Made by a program: the position numbers and the translations under genes. Under the pieces are notes generated by a model that saw nothing but the letters and a program-made list of their open reading frames with translations, was not told where the DNA came from and searched no databases. A stretch of 64,000 nt of DNA, taken from an uncultured Chthonomonadaceae bacterium (GTDB lineage: Bacteria; Armatimonadota; Chthonomonadetes; Chthonomonadales; Chthonomonadaceae). The DNA is taken from NCBI GenBank assembly GCA_963817895.1, contig CAWFQB010000001.1, positions 1,120,001 to 1,184,000 of the forward strand, in the 5' to 3' direction. Positions 46,646 to 58,469 of this stretch are shown in pieces; positions within the stretch are counted from its first letter, which is position 1; every line of letters starts with the position of its first letter.

Positions 46646-47503
46646 TTACAGATTCAATTTAATCAAAATGGGGAGGTGATCTGAAACCGCTCGTTTTCGC
46701 GGCCTTCCTGTGGTCGTCACCAGTTGAGTATTACCGGCAACAGTCAAAATGTGAAGATCACGCTCATCGAAGTGAGCGAACAACGGTGGACGCAGGAGAA
46801 CCTGATCGTAGATTTGCCAGTAGTGTTCATCTTCTTCCCCATCCCAATAGTATGTCCCTGCGGGAACGCCATTTGTTTCGCCAAAGTGTCCCCACATTGG
46901 ATTATAAAAGCGCGTGTACATGCCATTCTGTTCGTCCCGCTTTGCCAGTGCCAGAGTTCGAGTCATTACGCCCTGCAATGCTCCTGTCACTTCCGGTTCA
47001 TAAGGATTCACGTTGAGGTCGCCAATGAGTAACGTTCGTTGATGTTGAAGCGATTGCTCCGCAACGCGAATATTGTGCGCCATTCCCGCGCAATATTGCG
47101 AACGCCTAAAAGAGGTGCGACTGCTGGACTTGTACGGCAGATGCGCAGCCACAAGCAAAAAGTCGGAATGATGTAGCGTTTTCACCTCCCGCACTGTATA
47201 ACGCGCGTCACTGGCTTTTGGGATTGGTAAACAACTGTTTGGATAGGGAGTGAATATCCGAATTTTGTCGCAAATACCGTCTGATTCTGCCTCGGTAAAA
47301 CTTTGTCCGGTCGCTATTTGCAAGCTAGCAGTGACTTCCACAGCAGGCAATTGCAGTTCGGCAAAAACTAAGACATCAATCTCGTGCATTGCGGTCAAAG
47401 CGACAATAGCATCACAAATGCAACGCAGACGGCGCTGAGAAGCCAGCGATAGATGTTTCGCATCGCGGTCATGACGCACATTCCAAAATAACAGAGTCAG
47501 CAT
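46646..47503 (-). CDS. Endonuclease/exonuclease/phosphatase (EEP) family protein
   Basis: 'LFWNV', 'FAE', 'AHL', 'IGDLNVNP', 'YDQVL', 'SDHLPI'. Confidence 0.85.
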   Translation of the reverse strand: MLTLLFWNVRHDRDAKHLSLASQRRLRCICDAIVALTAMHEIDVLVFAELQLPAVEVTASLQIATGQSFTEAESDGICDKIRIFTPYPNSCLPIPKASDARYTVREVKTLHHSDFLLVAAHLPYKSSSRTSFRRSQYCAGMAHNIRVAEQSLQHQRTLLIGDLNVNPYEPEVTGALQGVMTRTLALAKRDEQNGMYTRFYNPMWGHFGETNGVPAGTYYWDGEEDEHYWQIYDQVLLRPPLFAHFDERDLHILTVAGNTQLVTTTGRPRKRAVSDHLPILIKLNL

Positions 47504-47822
47504 TGATTTCTCGGCGGGTCACATCCATAGCGTTGTAACTATTATATCCTATCTATGCGCTACGCCGATGATAAATGTTGTGGAGGGATGCCGCGACATA
47601 AGAGAAGCGGGGCGTGGATGCAAAGCAGGAAACTTTCTGGTTTGCTTGCGCGTCTTTGAGTTTAAGTACATGATTGTTACCCTGTGAGGACGCTGAAGGC
47701 GCGAAGAAAATATTTGCATTTTGCTGCCCGATGCAGGATACTATTAGTACCAAAGTGTTCTAAAATATGCGAGTGCGCCTTGCAGCGCGGGAACGCCGGT
47801 TTGCCCTTGAGGGAGAACAACC

Positions 47823-48104
47823 ATGAACAAAGAGACCCCTGTTTTGATGATAACCTTGCAGATACCGGTACAGGCCGACACCGAGGCCGGACAGATTCTG
47901 GACGCGTTCGGCCCGCAGCTTGCCGAAGCTCTGCGCCAGATCAAGGAGCAGCAGTCCGCCGAAGAAGCCAAAGCGGAATTGGAACTCGATCCCGAAGCCA
48001 TTCCGCAGGCGGAATTCAACGCTTCCGTTGTGAAAGAGATGCAGGAGAGCTACTCTGACAACACCAAAACGGATTTGCTGGCGACGCTCGGATATAAGGT
48101 TTGA
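47823..48104 (+). CDS. Small acidic hypothetical protein
   Basis: GGGAG RBS; followed by a terminator hairpin. Confidence 0.6.
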   Translation: MNKETPVLMITLQIPVQADTEAGQILDAFGPQLAEALRQIKEQQSAEEAKAELELDPEAIPQAEFNASVVKEMQESYSDNTKTDLLATLGYKV

Positions 48105-48143
48105 GACAGTATCCGGCAGTTTATATAACGCTTGTTTGTGTCC

Positions 48144-48180
48144 ACAGCCCCGGTTGCGAAAAGCGACCGGGGTTGTTTGT
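48144..48180 (+). terminator. Rho-independent terminator-like hairpin
   Basis: ACAGCCCCGGTTGC-GAAAA-GCGACCGGGGTTGT followed by T-rich sequence. Confidence 0.6.
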
Positions 48181-48353
48181 ATGCCGAAGTTACGCGATTT
48201 TCATGGCAAAATTGCGTCTGCGGATTTTGCGCAGTATAATGAGGCCAGACCGTTTTTGAGCAATACCGGGTTTGGCAATGCTGAACCGCGAATGTTTCCG
48301 GCCTGAATGCCTGCAAGGATGTCGGCGGGCCGTGAACGCAAGGAGTAATATTT

Positions 48354-49930
48354 ATGTTTGACCGCGCATCGCGCTTATCTGCTGCCGGAATTTATAAACC
48401 CCGCGTTTTGGGTTGCAGGCGTTCCCCCTTTATATCGGGCGCGCTGCTGCTGACCTGTGGCCTGTTGTTATCCGCGCCCCTGCTGCCTGCCCATGCGGAT
48501 ACGGCGCGGGAGCATTTCGAACTGGGCGTCAAAGCGTATAACAGCAGCAAAATGGACGACGCCCTGGCCGAGTTCCAGAAGGCGCACGAACTGTCGCCCA
48601 AAGAACCCACATCGCTGTTCTGGATCGGGTTCATCTATCTACAGCAACGGCACTATCAGGAAGCCCTTCAGCCCACGCTCGACGCGGTGGCCCTGCGCCC
48701 CAACATGGCGGACGGCCACCTCAATCTTGGCAACATCTATGACGGCCTGAAACAGTATCCCGAAGCCACCAGAGAGTTCGAGACGGCCATCAAACTGGAA
48801 CCCAAAATGCCGCGTCTTGCAGACGCTTATTACAATTTGGGCAGCCTGGATTTGAAGATGGATCGCAAAGCGGAAGCTCTGGCCGCGTTCCAGAAAGCGG
48901 TTGCCATCGCGCCCGGCGATTCTTACGCGCAGGACGGCCTGGGCTATGCCTATCAGATTACGGGCAACTATGCCGCCGCTATTCCCGCGCATCAGGCCGC
49001 CACGCGCCTGACTGCCCAACAACGCGAATTTCTGGCTGAATCTGGGAATGGCGCAGCAGAACGCGGCCCACAAGCAGTTGGAGTCCAGAAACGGGGCGGA
49101 CCGCGACGGCGGGACAAATCCTGCTGACGGCGGCGCAAACTTCGCTGGCGCAGGCGCAAAAACTCGCGCCGGAAGATTACACCATTCGCGCCACTTATGG
49201 CGAAGCGCTGTACGAAGCGAAACAGGATGAGGAGGCGTCCGCGCAGTTCCGAAAAGCCGCGCAATTACGCCCTACTGAGGTCAAGCCGCTGTACAATCTG
49301 GCCCTGGCGCAGTCGCGCTTGAAGCATTACGAGGCCGCAGAAGAGGCGTACCGGGGCGTTTTGAAGATTGACCCGAACAACATCGGCGGCTTGCAGGGGT
49401 TGGGAGCCACGCAGTACAATCGCAAGCAATATGACGAGGCCGCGCTCACGTTTCAGAAACTGACTACGCTGAAACCGGGAAGCGCGTCGGCCTGGGCGGA
49501 TTACAGCCTGTCGCTGGAAAACGCCGGCAAGAGCGAGGAAGCCGCGTCTGTTCTGGAAGAATCGCTGAATCATGTGGGAGACGGCCCCGCTTCCGCTCCC
49601 CTGCGCCTGTCTATGGGCGTACACCTGTTCAAAAAGGGTGATGATGTCAGCGTGACGCGGGCGCGCGATCTGTTTGCGCAGGTGGCGCAAGCCAGCCCGA
49701 ATAATGCCGACGCTTACAATGGCCTGGGACTGGTCGCGCAAAAACAGCGCAAGTACGACGACGCCATTACCAACTTTACCAAAGCCACCACGCTGAACCC
49801 GAAGTTCGCGGATGCTTTCAACAATCTCGGCGTCGCCTACGAAGCCAAAGGCGACCTGCCACACGCCATTGCCGCCTGCCGCAAAGCCACGCAAATAGAC
49901 CCGAACAATGCCTGGCAAAAGACAACCTGA
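48354..49930 (+). CDS. Secreted TPR-repeat protein; frameshifted near 49010-49150
   Basis: Signal peptide and TPR motifs (AYYNLG, AYNGLG, AFNNLGVAY) in ORFs 48354-49127 and 49319-49930. Confidence 0.8.
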
Positions 49931-50139
49931 CGCGCATGACAACGAAGGGAGCCGCGCCGCCGAAGGGATAGAAAAGGAGAAAAGGAGAAGAGGAGAAAAG
50001 GAGAAATAGACAGGATTAACAAGATTTTCAGGATTAAACAGGATTCTCCTATAATCGAGTTTACATGTTTGCTCGCTCTTACTACTGTCCTGTATTGGAG
50101 TTCTCCTCTTCTCCTTTTCTCCTTTTCTCCTTTTCTTCT

Positions 50140-51528
<1,389 letters not shown>

Positions 51529-51538
51529 AGTCGTTTCC

Positions 51539-52819
51539 TTACAAAGTCAATCCAGATTTACATGTGCGGGCTGAATAAAAGTACGCGAACGTCAGCGCGA
51601 AAATACAGAAGAGCAGGGCGCCTGCGAAGATAGTTCCGACAACGTAGAGAAAAATCATCTGCGCGGCGCGTTCCCGCGCGTCGTCTTCCAGCACATTCGC
51701 GCACTGTTCCAGCATGGAACCTAACTCGCCCGTCATTTCTCCTGTTCGGACGGTGTTGATCATCTCGCCTTTGAGCAAGCCGACCTGCGCCAGGCTGTCG
51801 CCCAGACTGACTCCGTTGCGGGCCGACTGCGCGGCCTGGCTCAAAATCTGCTCGTAGTGCGCGTTGCGAGTGCTGCGTCCTGCCGCTTCCAGAGCGGAAC
51901 TGATGGGGACGCCGCAGTTCCACAGCGCCTCGAACGTCCGCGACCATTGCGCCCCCCCGATTTGCCGCCGTGCGTATCCGAACCCCGCCCCCGTCAGTTT
52001 CATCTTGGACAACGGGACATTTTTGGTTCTGCGCCCTGCCAGTTTGTGCCGGAACTTCCAGCTCAACACGCTCAACCCCAGCATTGCCGTACAAAACAGC
52101 GTGTACGGAATCAGCGGATTGGCGCACACAAAGAAAATTATCACCATCCCGATAATCATAATCGCGCCGAGGACAAGCGGCAGCATGAAACCGGGGTTGA
52201 GGGCGGTGTATTCAAATTTTGTCTGGTTGGTCGCCAGTTTTTGCAGAGCTTTGGCGGTCTGCCGCGCCGCGTTTTCCGCCGTGCCATAAATCAGGCCGTG
52301 TTCAAAAATGGGAACTACGATGTCGGGCAGTTGATCCTGATTGGCTTTGAGCGCGTCGGTCAGCGTCGCGCCATTCTCGACGCGGGCCGCAATGTCCGCG
52401 AACACGTATTGCAGTTCGGAATTTGAATTTTGGGCGGACTGCCGCAGCGCGTCGCCCATTGCCATACCCGACGCAAGGGCGTAGCTAAACGTTTCAAAAA
52501 CATCGGCATGCCACTGATAAGGCCCGCCGTCGCCATTGACAACGTGTTCCAGAACGCGCCGCCGCTTTTGTTCTTCCCGGTTTTTGGCGATGGCTTCGGC
52601 AACCTGCGCTTTCACGGCAAGCATTTCCGCTGTGGGCGGCAGGGCAACAATGGCGTTGGGGTTGCGCGTGGCGATGGACGCGGTCTGCTGCGCCTGCGTT
52701 TCCGGCGCGCGCAGTTCTCGCGTGACAATCTCGCCCGCCTCCTGTGTTACTGAAGGGCGCGCGTTCAGCAGGGGCGCATCGAGCGTTTCGGTTTGTTCGG
52801 TTTCCAGAGATCGGCGCAC
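51539..52819 (-). CDS. Type II secretion system F/PilC-family protein
   Basis: Two T2SSF-like halves ('VENGATLTDAL', 'GVPISSALE', 'GVSLGDSL', 'GEMTGEL'); start uncertain. Confidence 0.78.
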   Translation of the reverse strand: MRRSLETEQTETLDAPLLNARPSVTQEAGEIVTRELRAPETQAQQTASIATRNPNAIVALPPTAEMLAVKAQVAEAIAKNREEQKRRRVLEHVVNGDGGPYQWHADVFETFSYALASGMAMGDALRQSAQNSNSELQYVFADIAARVENGATLTDALKANQDQLPDIVVPIFEHGLIYGTAENAARQTAKALQKLATNQTKFEYTALNPGFMLPLVLGAIMIIGMVIIFFVCANPLIPYTLFCTAMLGLSVLSWKFRHKLAGRRTKNVPLSKMKLTGAGFGYARRQIGGAQWSRTFEALWNCGVPISSALEAAGRSTRNAHYEQILSQAAQSARNGVSLGDSLAQVGLLKGEMINTVRTGEMTGELGSMLEQCANVLEDDARERAAQMIFLYVVGTIFAGALLFCIFALTFAYFYSARTCKSGLTL

Positions 52820-52941
52820 GGGCGTTTGCTGCTTTCTTCACATCGTTGCGGAGCATGGACGAGACGGCTCTGTTCCTATTATGGCAGAACGAGTGTGATT
52901 GCCTTGTGGTTTCGCAATGTTGTCTCTTACCTTTGCGCAAA

Positions 52942-53043
52942 GAGCCTATCCCAATAGGCCGGGTACAAAGAACGTACCCGTCTGAGTGGCCTGCGGCCAA
53001 ACGTCCTTCGGACGCAAATGCAATCGCCTGTTGGGATAGGCTC
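52942..53043 (-). mobile_element. 102-bp MITE
   Basis: Near-exact reverse complement of 28853-28954; AAA and TAA flanks. Confidence 0.85.
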
Positions 53044-53062
53044 TAAGACGGAATGGGTTTGT

Positions 53063-53140
53063 GAGCCTATCCCGATAAGTTCCCCTTCTCCCAACTTTGG
53101 GAGAAGGGGCCAGGGGTTGAGGGCCAGTTGGCATAGGTTC
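53063..53140. mobile_element. MITE-like shell with the same terminal motif (GAGCCTATCCC...ATAGGTTC) around a REP-like hairpin
   Basis: The ends resemble the 102-bp MITE TIR; the interior is the CCCCTTCTCCC/GGGAGAAGGGG repeat. Confidence 0.5.
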
Positions 53141-54990
53141 TAAGATGGGTACAATGCGGTTGCGGCTTCGGCGCGCGCGCCGGTAAAGGTTGCGGGCGCG
53201 TTGTTGCGTCCCGTCGCCTGCTTCCATGCCTGCCAGTTTTCGGGCGTAATCGGCTCGTCGGGACGGAACAATAAATCCTGCGGACTGCCCAACGTTTCCC
53301 GCTGTAACGCCAGCATTTGTACGGCCATGAACGCGGGATGCGACAGCGGAGCGTCAATGTGCCAACTGAGCGCGATGCCATTGGATAGCAACATGCGCTG
53401 ATACTCGCCCCGCGCCGACTTGTCTTCATAAACGGCGCGGGGCGAACGGTTCTGGCGCAGGGCAAAAGTGGCCAGCAGTCCCGCAGACTCGCCTATGTTC
53501 CACTCAATCGGGTGCAGTCGGTACGCGCCATTTGTGAGATGGGTTGTTCCCAAATTTTTACAGGCGGGCAGCAGATTCGTCAGGCGAACCGGAATCAGGG
53601 CGCCGAGTGGAATCTGGAACGGGCGCGTGGCGACATAGTGGTTGGGTTCGCCGTGTCCGTTGGGGTGAATGTCCAGCGCGTAGTGTCCCACGCCAACCGA
53701 GTCCGGCATCCACGCCGCCCGCGCGTTGTCGCCCCGGCACACATTCCCGCTAAAATCCTTGACGACAATCTCCTGTTCTAAAATTGGGCGCAAGGCTTTA
53801 ATGCGCCGCGACTCGCGAATATAGGGTTCGGGCGCGCAGCCGTCATCGGTGTCGAACAGGTCGGTTCGCAGGCGGAATTCGGGATAGCCGTAGGAAGGGA
53901 AAAAGGGGGAAGTCTCGTCTTCTTGTATCTTGTATCTCGTATCTTGTATTTCTTCTTTTCCCTCTCGCGGACACTCTGTTTGCAGCCAGTAGGCGTAGCC
54001 GAGGGAGGCGCGGCGGGCGCGGGAAAGCGTGGCCTGAATTTGCGCCGAATCGCCCGCGCCGGGACCGAGAATGTTGCCGCCATAATAGTCGTTGCCTGCC
54101 GTGTTGATCATGGCAACATCGTGCGGGATGCGCGGATCGTTGAAGTTGTCGCTTGCAAGGATGCGGCGGTACTGCCACCAGGGAGCGCGTCCCGCAAACA
54201 ATCCGGTAATCGCGCCGTGCAGGATTTTGTAATCCTGTAGCGCTTTTAGTTCCGCATAATCGTGTGGAGGTTCGATGACGTTGGTGTCCGCAGTTTCGGG
54301 CGACCATTCGAGGGCAAAGGGGAAGGTGAACGGCTGTACCCAGTGTGGGCGGGGTTCCGGGGGCGCGTCGGGTTCCCCGGTTTCCGATTGTGATTCCGCG
54401 CCAACGACCCAATCTACGCCCTCCTGCCCGCATAAGGCGAGTACATCGCCCAAATCCGTCGCGTCCAGCACATAGCGCGGCGTGAAGCGCAGGGTTTCGC
54501 CGGTTGCGGTTTGCGCGACAACGGCGGCAATCGTGTGGGGCGCGTCCTCCGCCATTTCGCAGGCAGTGACGCGAGTCTCAAACAGGATTTGCAGGCGTCC
54601 TGACGTTTCAAATGGACGCAGCATGTCGCGCAAAATAGCCGCGCCCACCTTCGGCTCGTAACTCAGGCGGCTGACCCAACAACTGCCGGGATTGAGACAC
54701 GCCTGTTCCGCGCCCTTCGCGCTGAGTTGGTAGGTCTGGCTGTAGTGTTCGCGGACGTGGTTCCGAAACTCGGAATAACGCCGCGTGCCGCCGAAGGTTT
54801 CGATATGCTGCTGCTCGTCCGGGGTACAAACGCCCTGCGAGGTGAGCTGCCCGCCAAGCCATGTTCCCACTTCGAGAAGGCATACGGACGCGCCCGCTTC
54901 CGCCGCCGCCAATGCCGCCGCGCATCCGCCCGCGCTTGCCCCCACAATCAGTATATCGCGCTCCATTTGCCGCTGTTGAAAGTTGTCCAT
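53140..54990 (-). CDS. FAD-dependent oxidoreductase
   Basis: 'DILIVGASAGGCAAA', 'WLGGQLTSQG', 'DATDLGD', 'PYIRESRR', 'NGAYRLHP'. Confidence 0.85.
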   Translation of the reverse strand: MDNFQQRQMERDILIVGASAGGCAAALAAAEAGASVCLLEVGTWLGGQLTSQGVCTPDEQQHIETFGGTRRYSEFRNHVREHYSQTYQLSAKGAEQACLNPGSCWVSRLSYEPKVGAAILRDMLRPFETSGRLQILFETRVTACEMAEDAPHTIAAVVAQTATGETLRFTPRYVLDATDLGDVLALCGQEGVDWVVGAESQSETGEPDAPPEPRPHWVQPFTFPFALEWSPETADTNVIEPPHDYAELKALQDYKILHGAITGLFAGRAPWWQYRRILASDNFNDPRIPHDVAMINTAGNDYYGGNILGPGAGDSAQIQATLSRARRASLGYAYWLQTECPREGKEEIQDTRYKIQEDETSPFFPSYGYPEFRLRTDLFDTDDGCAPEPYIRESRRIKALRPILEQEIVVKDFSGNVCRGDNARAAWMPDSVGVGHYALDIHPNGHGEPNHYVATRPFQIPLGALIPVRLTNLLPACKNLGTTHLTNGAYRLHPIEWNIGESAGLLATFALRQNRSPRAVYEDKSARGEYQRMLLSNGIALSWHIDAPLSHPAFMAVQMLALQRETLGSPQDLLFRPDEPITPENWQAWKQATGRNNAPATFTGARAEAATALYPS

Positions 54991-55260
54991 TTCCGCTCCC
55001 GCATTTTCGATTACTCCGCATCCCCTGCTCTCCTATAGGTATACCCGGCGAACGCGCCGAATAGTACAGCATTGCGCGCGTATAGCCTATTTCAACAGGT
55101 TCCCCTTCTCCCAGGCTTTTTTGGGAGAAGGGGTCAGGGGTTGAGGGCTATTCAGAACAGGGGTTTATAAGCCGTTTGCTTTGCACGTTTCAGGGCCGAG
55201 GAACGTATTTTTATCAGCAATGGCGCGTATACAGAGGCATTTTGGGAAGGAAGAGCAATC

Positions 55261-56109
55261 GTGGGGACGATGAAATCAGAGTTGCAAGCGGGTTTGACGC
55301 TGCGTTACGGCGCGGACGCGCCCGATGTGAGCGGCGATTCGGGCGCGGAATTGGCGGATACGGTTCTGGCGAGTTTACTGGCGCATAAATCCGTCCGGCG
55401 GTATCAGGCGAAGGAATTGCCGCCGGGTACGCTGGAACTTCTCATTGCCGCCGGTCAAAGCGCGGCTACGTCTTCCAACCTGCAAACGTGGAGCGTGGTC
55501 GCCTTGCAGAATGGGGAACACAAAGCGCGGGCGGCGGAATTATGCGGCAATCAGGACTTTATACGGCAGGCTCCGCTGTTTCTGGTCTTTTGCGCGGATT
55601 TGGCGCGGTTGACGCTTGTTTCCGAACAAGCGGGCTTGCCGGGGGAAGGATTGGACTATCTGGAGATGTTTATCATGGCGACGATTGACGCTGCCCTTGC
55701 CGCGCAGAATGTCGCCGTTGCCGCCGAAGCGCAGGGGTTGGGAATTTGCTACGTGGGCGGCGCCCGTAACAAGCCGCGCGAATTGACGGTTTTGCTGAAC
55801 TTGCCGCCCCGCGTGTTCGCGCTGTTCGGCATGGCGGTCGGATGGCCCGAAGAGGAGAAAGCGGCTGTTGTCAAGCCCCGTCTGCCGCAACCGGCGATAC
55901 TGCATCACGAAACGTATGCGGTGGAAACACAATCCGATGACATAGCGCGTTACAACGAAACGATGCGCCGATTTTACGAGGGGCAGGGCATGAGCGCGCA
56001 GGGCGATTGGTCGCCGCGCTCCGCCCGCCGCGTCGCCACCGCCCAATCCCTCACCGGACGCGATACCCTGCGCCAGTGGTTGCAGGAACATGGCTTTGAA
56101 TTGAAATAG
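55261..56109 (+). CDS. nfsA: NfsA/Frp-type NADPH-dependent nitroreductase/flavin reductase
   Basis: 'HKSVRRY', 'AATSSNLQ', 'FCADLAR', 'IDAALAAQN', 'GICYVGG', 'KPRLP'. Confidence 0.85.
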   Translation: MGTMKSELQAGLTLRYGADAPDVSGDSGAELADTVLASLLAHKSVRRYQAKELPPGTLELLIAAGQSAATSSNLQTWSVVALQNGEHKARAAELCGNQDFIRQAPLFLVFCADLARLTLVSEQAGLPGEGLDYLEMFIMATIDAALAAQNVAVAAEAQGLGICYVGGARNKPRELTVLLNLPPRVFALFGMAVGWPEEEKAAVVKPRLPQPAILHHETYAVETQSDDIARYNETMRRFYEGQGMSAQGDWSPRSARRVATAQSLTGRDTLRQWLQEHGFELK

Positions 56110-56196
56110 CGAGACAAAGCAGGGACAGAAGAGCCGCAAACAGTGTTGACGGCGTTCTCATAAAGGGGCGCAGAAAACAGGTAAAAGCGAATTGGC

Positions 56197-56229
56197 GCAG
56201 GCGCGACGGATACAATCCGTCGCGCCTGC
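56197..56229. terminator. Hairpin between convergent genes
   Basis: GCAGGCGCGACGGA-TACAA-TCCGTCGCGCCTGC. Confidence 0.65.
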
Positions 56230-56253
56230 TTGCAGGGAAAGGGCCGCAGGAGG

Positions 56254-57353
56254 TTAGGGGGTGTGGTAATAGCCTCCCGCCCAACCAGATGTAGCGCTCA
56301 TTGAGATGCCCTGTCCGCCGCTGGCGGTGGCTTCGTAGCCGCTGGCCGTGTTATGATAGCCGCCGCTGACGGTACTGATGGTACCACTGGCCGTATTGCC
56401 GAAGCCGCCGCTGACGGAGGATTCCGCGCCGTTGGCCGTGTTATAATAGCCGCCGCTGACGGAACTGGCTAAACCGCTGGCGGTGTTGGCATAGCCGCCA
56501 CAGATGGAATACGAGCCGGTAGCATTGTTGTAAATGCCGCCCATGATGGTAGAGGCCCAATCGCTGCTGGCTGTGTTCTGCATGCCGCCAAGAATGGAAC
56601 TATACTGGCCGTTCGCAATGTTCTTGTAGCCACCGCTGATGGAAGCGACGGGAGCGCTGGCGGTATTCTCTCGCCCGCCGCTCACGCTGGCCGCGAAGTT
56701 GCCAGCCGTATTGATATATCCCCCGCTCACGCTGGCACAGGGGCCGCTGGCGATGTTGTTCTGTCCGCCGCTGACAAAGGAACATGTGCCGGTCGCCTGA
56801 TCGCCGATGCCGGCAATGACACAGGCGTCCATATTGGAGATGCTGCTGTAGTAACCGCTGACAATGCCGCCATAACTGCTATAGTTGTTGTAATCGCCTA
56901 AAACCAGATTGTGGCTGCCAGTGCGAATGTCGCCGGTGCCTCGCAGCCAACTGTAGCCGATGATAATGTTACCTAATCCCTCTCCCCGGGCGTTGGCAAC
57001 GAGGTTGCCATTGCTGCCGCCGCCATCGTTGACAACCAGGTTGCAGCCGCTGAATGTGGTAGACTGCGCGGTTGTATCCACGCTCATGTACTGCGTTCTG
57101 GCCTCCACAACGCTCAGGCGGGCATCCAGGCCGGCAAGCGTCAGGCCCATATCCTGCGCGATGGCCGCCCGATTGCCGGGGACGCGAATACGGCGGCGAG
57201 GAAAGCGGTGAAGGCAAGGCCGGACTGTATGCGCAGTTTGCGGCGTTCGCGGTTGCCGCGGGTTTCCATCGCGTTCATGCGAATATGGAGTTCCGTGTTG
57301 GCCTGTTCCAGACGGTTCACGCTGACGGCAAGTTGTTCGATTTGTGTGTTCAT
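56254..57353 (-). CDS. Surface/adhesin-like protein with an N-terminal coiled coil and 14-aa 'A.G..SSVSGG..NT' repeats; frameshift near 57170
   Basis: ORF 57141-57353 (coiled coil plus hydrophobic segment) continues into the repeat-rich ORF 56254-57150. Confidence 0.7.
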
Positions 57354-57419
57354 TACCAGTAGCCTTTCGTTAGAAGAGAAGGGTAGAATATTTTTCTACA
57401 GAGAGTTGCAAACAGTGAG

Positions 57420-58216
57420 TTACAGGCGATGCGTGGCGAATTTGCTACGCCGGATTGCCAGCAGCGCGCCGGTCACGCCCATGCCTGCAAGGAGGGCGAG
57501 ACTGCCGGGTTCGGGCGTAGAGGCGACCAGACTGATGTCGTCCACTTCGGCAAAGCGCAGGCGGTAGGATTGTCCGGGCTGAAGGATGCCGAACAGATTG
57601 AAGCTGTAATTCGTGTAAGCATTGGGAATCAGGTTGCCGTTGACATCGAACGCGCCGGGGTCTACGTTGAGGTACAGGCTGTCCACGACATCAGCGGCGG
57701 ACGTGGACAGGTTCCCCGCGCCCGCCCGCAGAATGTCCACGCGGGCATGCTGGTTGTCATTGGGCTGCGCAAGGCCGCCGGTCGTGTAGTCCAGGCCGGA
57801 CGGGTCTACGATGGGGCCGATGCCCGATGATCGTTGACGAACATCTGAAACGTGAGTTGCAGGACGGGCGAATCGCTTGGGATCGTAAAATTTTGCAGCA
57901 GAGCGTGGGCGCCGGGCAAATCGGCGGTGGAAACAGCGTAGAAGTTGCCGCCCGCCGCGTTGGGAGCAGTGGTGAAGGTGACGCCATTCACGGTCGGGGT
58001 ATTGGCTCCGGGCGCGCTGATGTAGAAATGGTCGGCATTGGCCGTGTCGGACGGGTTGAGTTGGTTCGCCAGCGTAAAGCCCGCGAACGTTCCGCTTTCA
58101 AAGCCGCCGTTGGTGATGAGTTGTATCTGCGCGTGGCTGCGCAGGGGCGCGGCAAGGCCGAGCAGGGCCAGAGCAAGAGCAAAGCGCGAACCCGAAAACA
58201 GGCTGGATTTAAACAT
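57420..58216 (-). CDS. PEP-CTERM sorting domain protein; frameshifted near 57810-57830
   Basis: Signal peptide and 'LITNGGFESG' at the N-terminus; 'TPEPGSLALLAGMGVTGALLAIRR' at the C-terminus. Confidence 0.82.
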
Positions 58217-58469
58217 CAGTCGTTCTCCCTGTGGTTGTAAAGGCTGTATTTTTTAAGGCGTCGCGTAGGTTTCACCGGATCGCGCCGAAAAGCAATCCTG
58301 CGCGATTTCGGATTAGGAAAATCAAAACAGGAGCCGGTAAATCGTCTTCAGGAACGTTATAACCGCGAAACGTGGCATGAAACGTGTCATAAATCTGACT
58401 AAATCGTACAGGGAAGAAATATCTGCGCCAAAAGTGGTATTTTTGTTATGAAAGGGGAAACGCGCCGGT

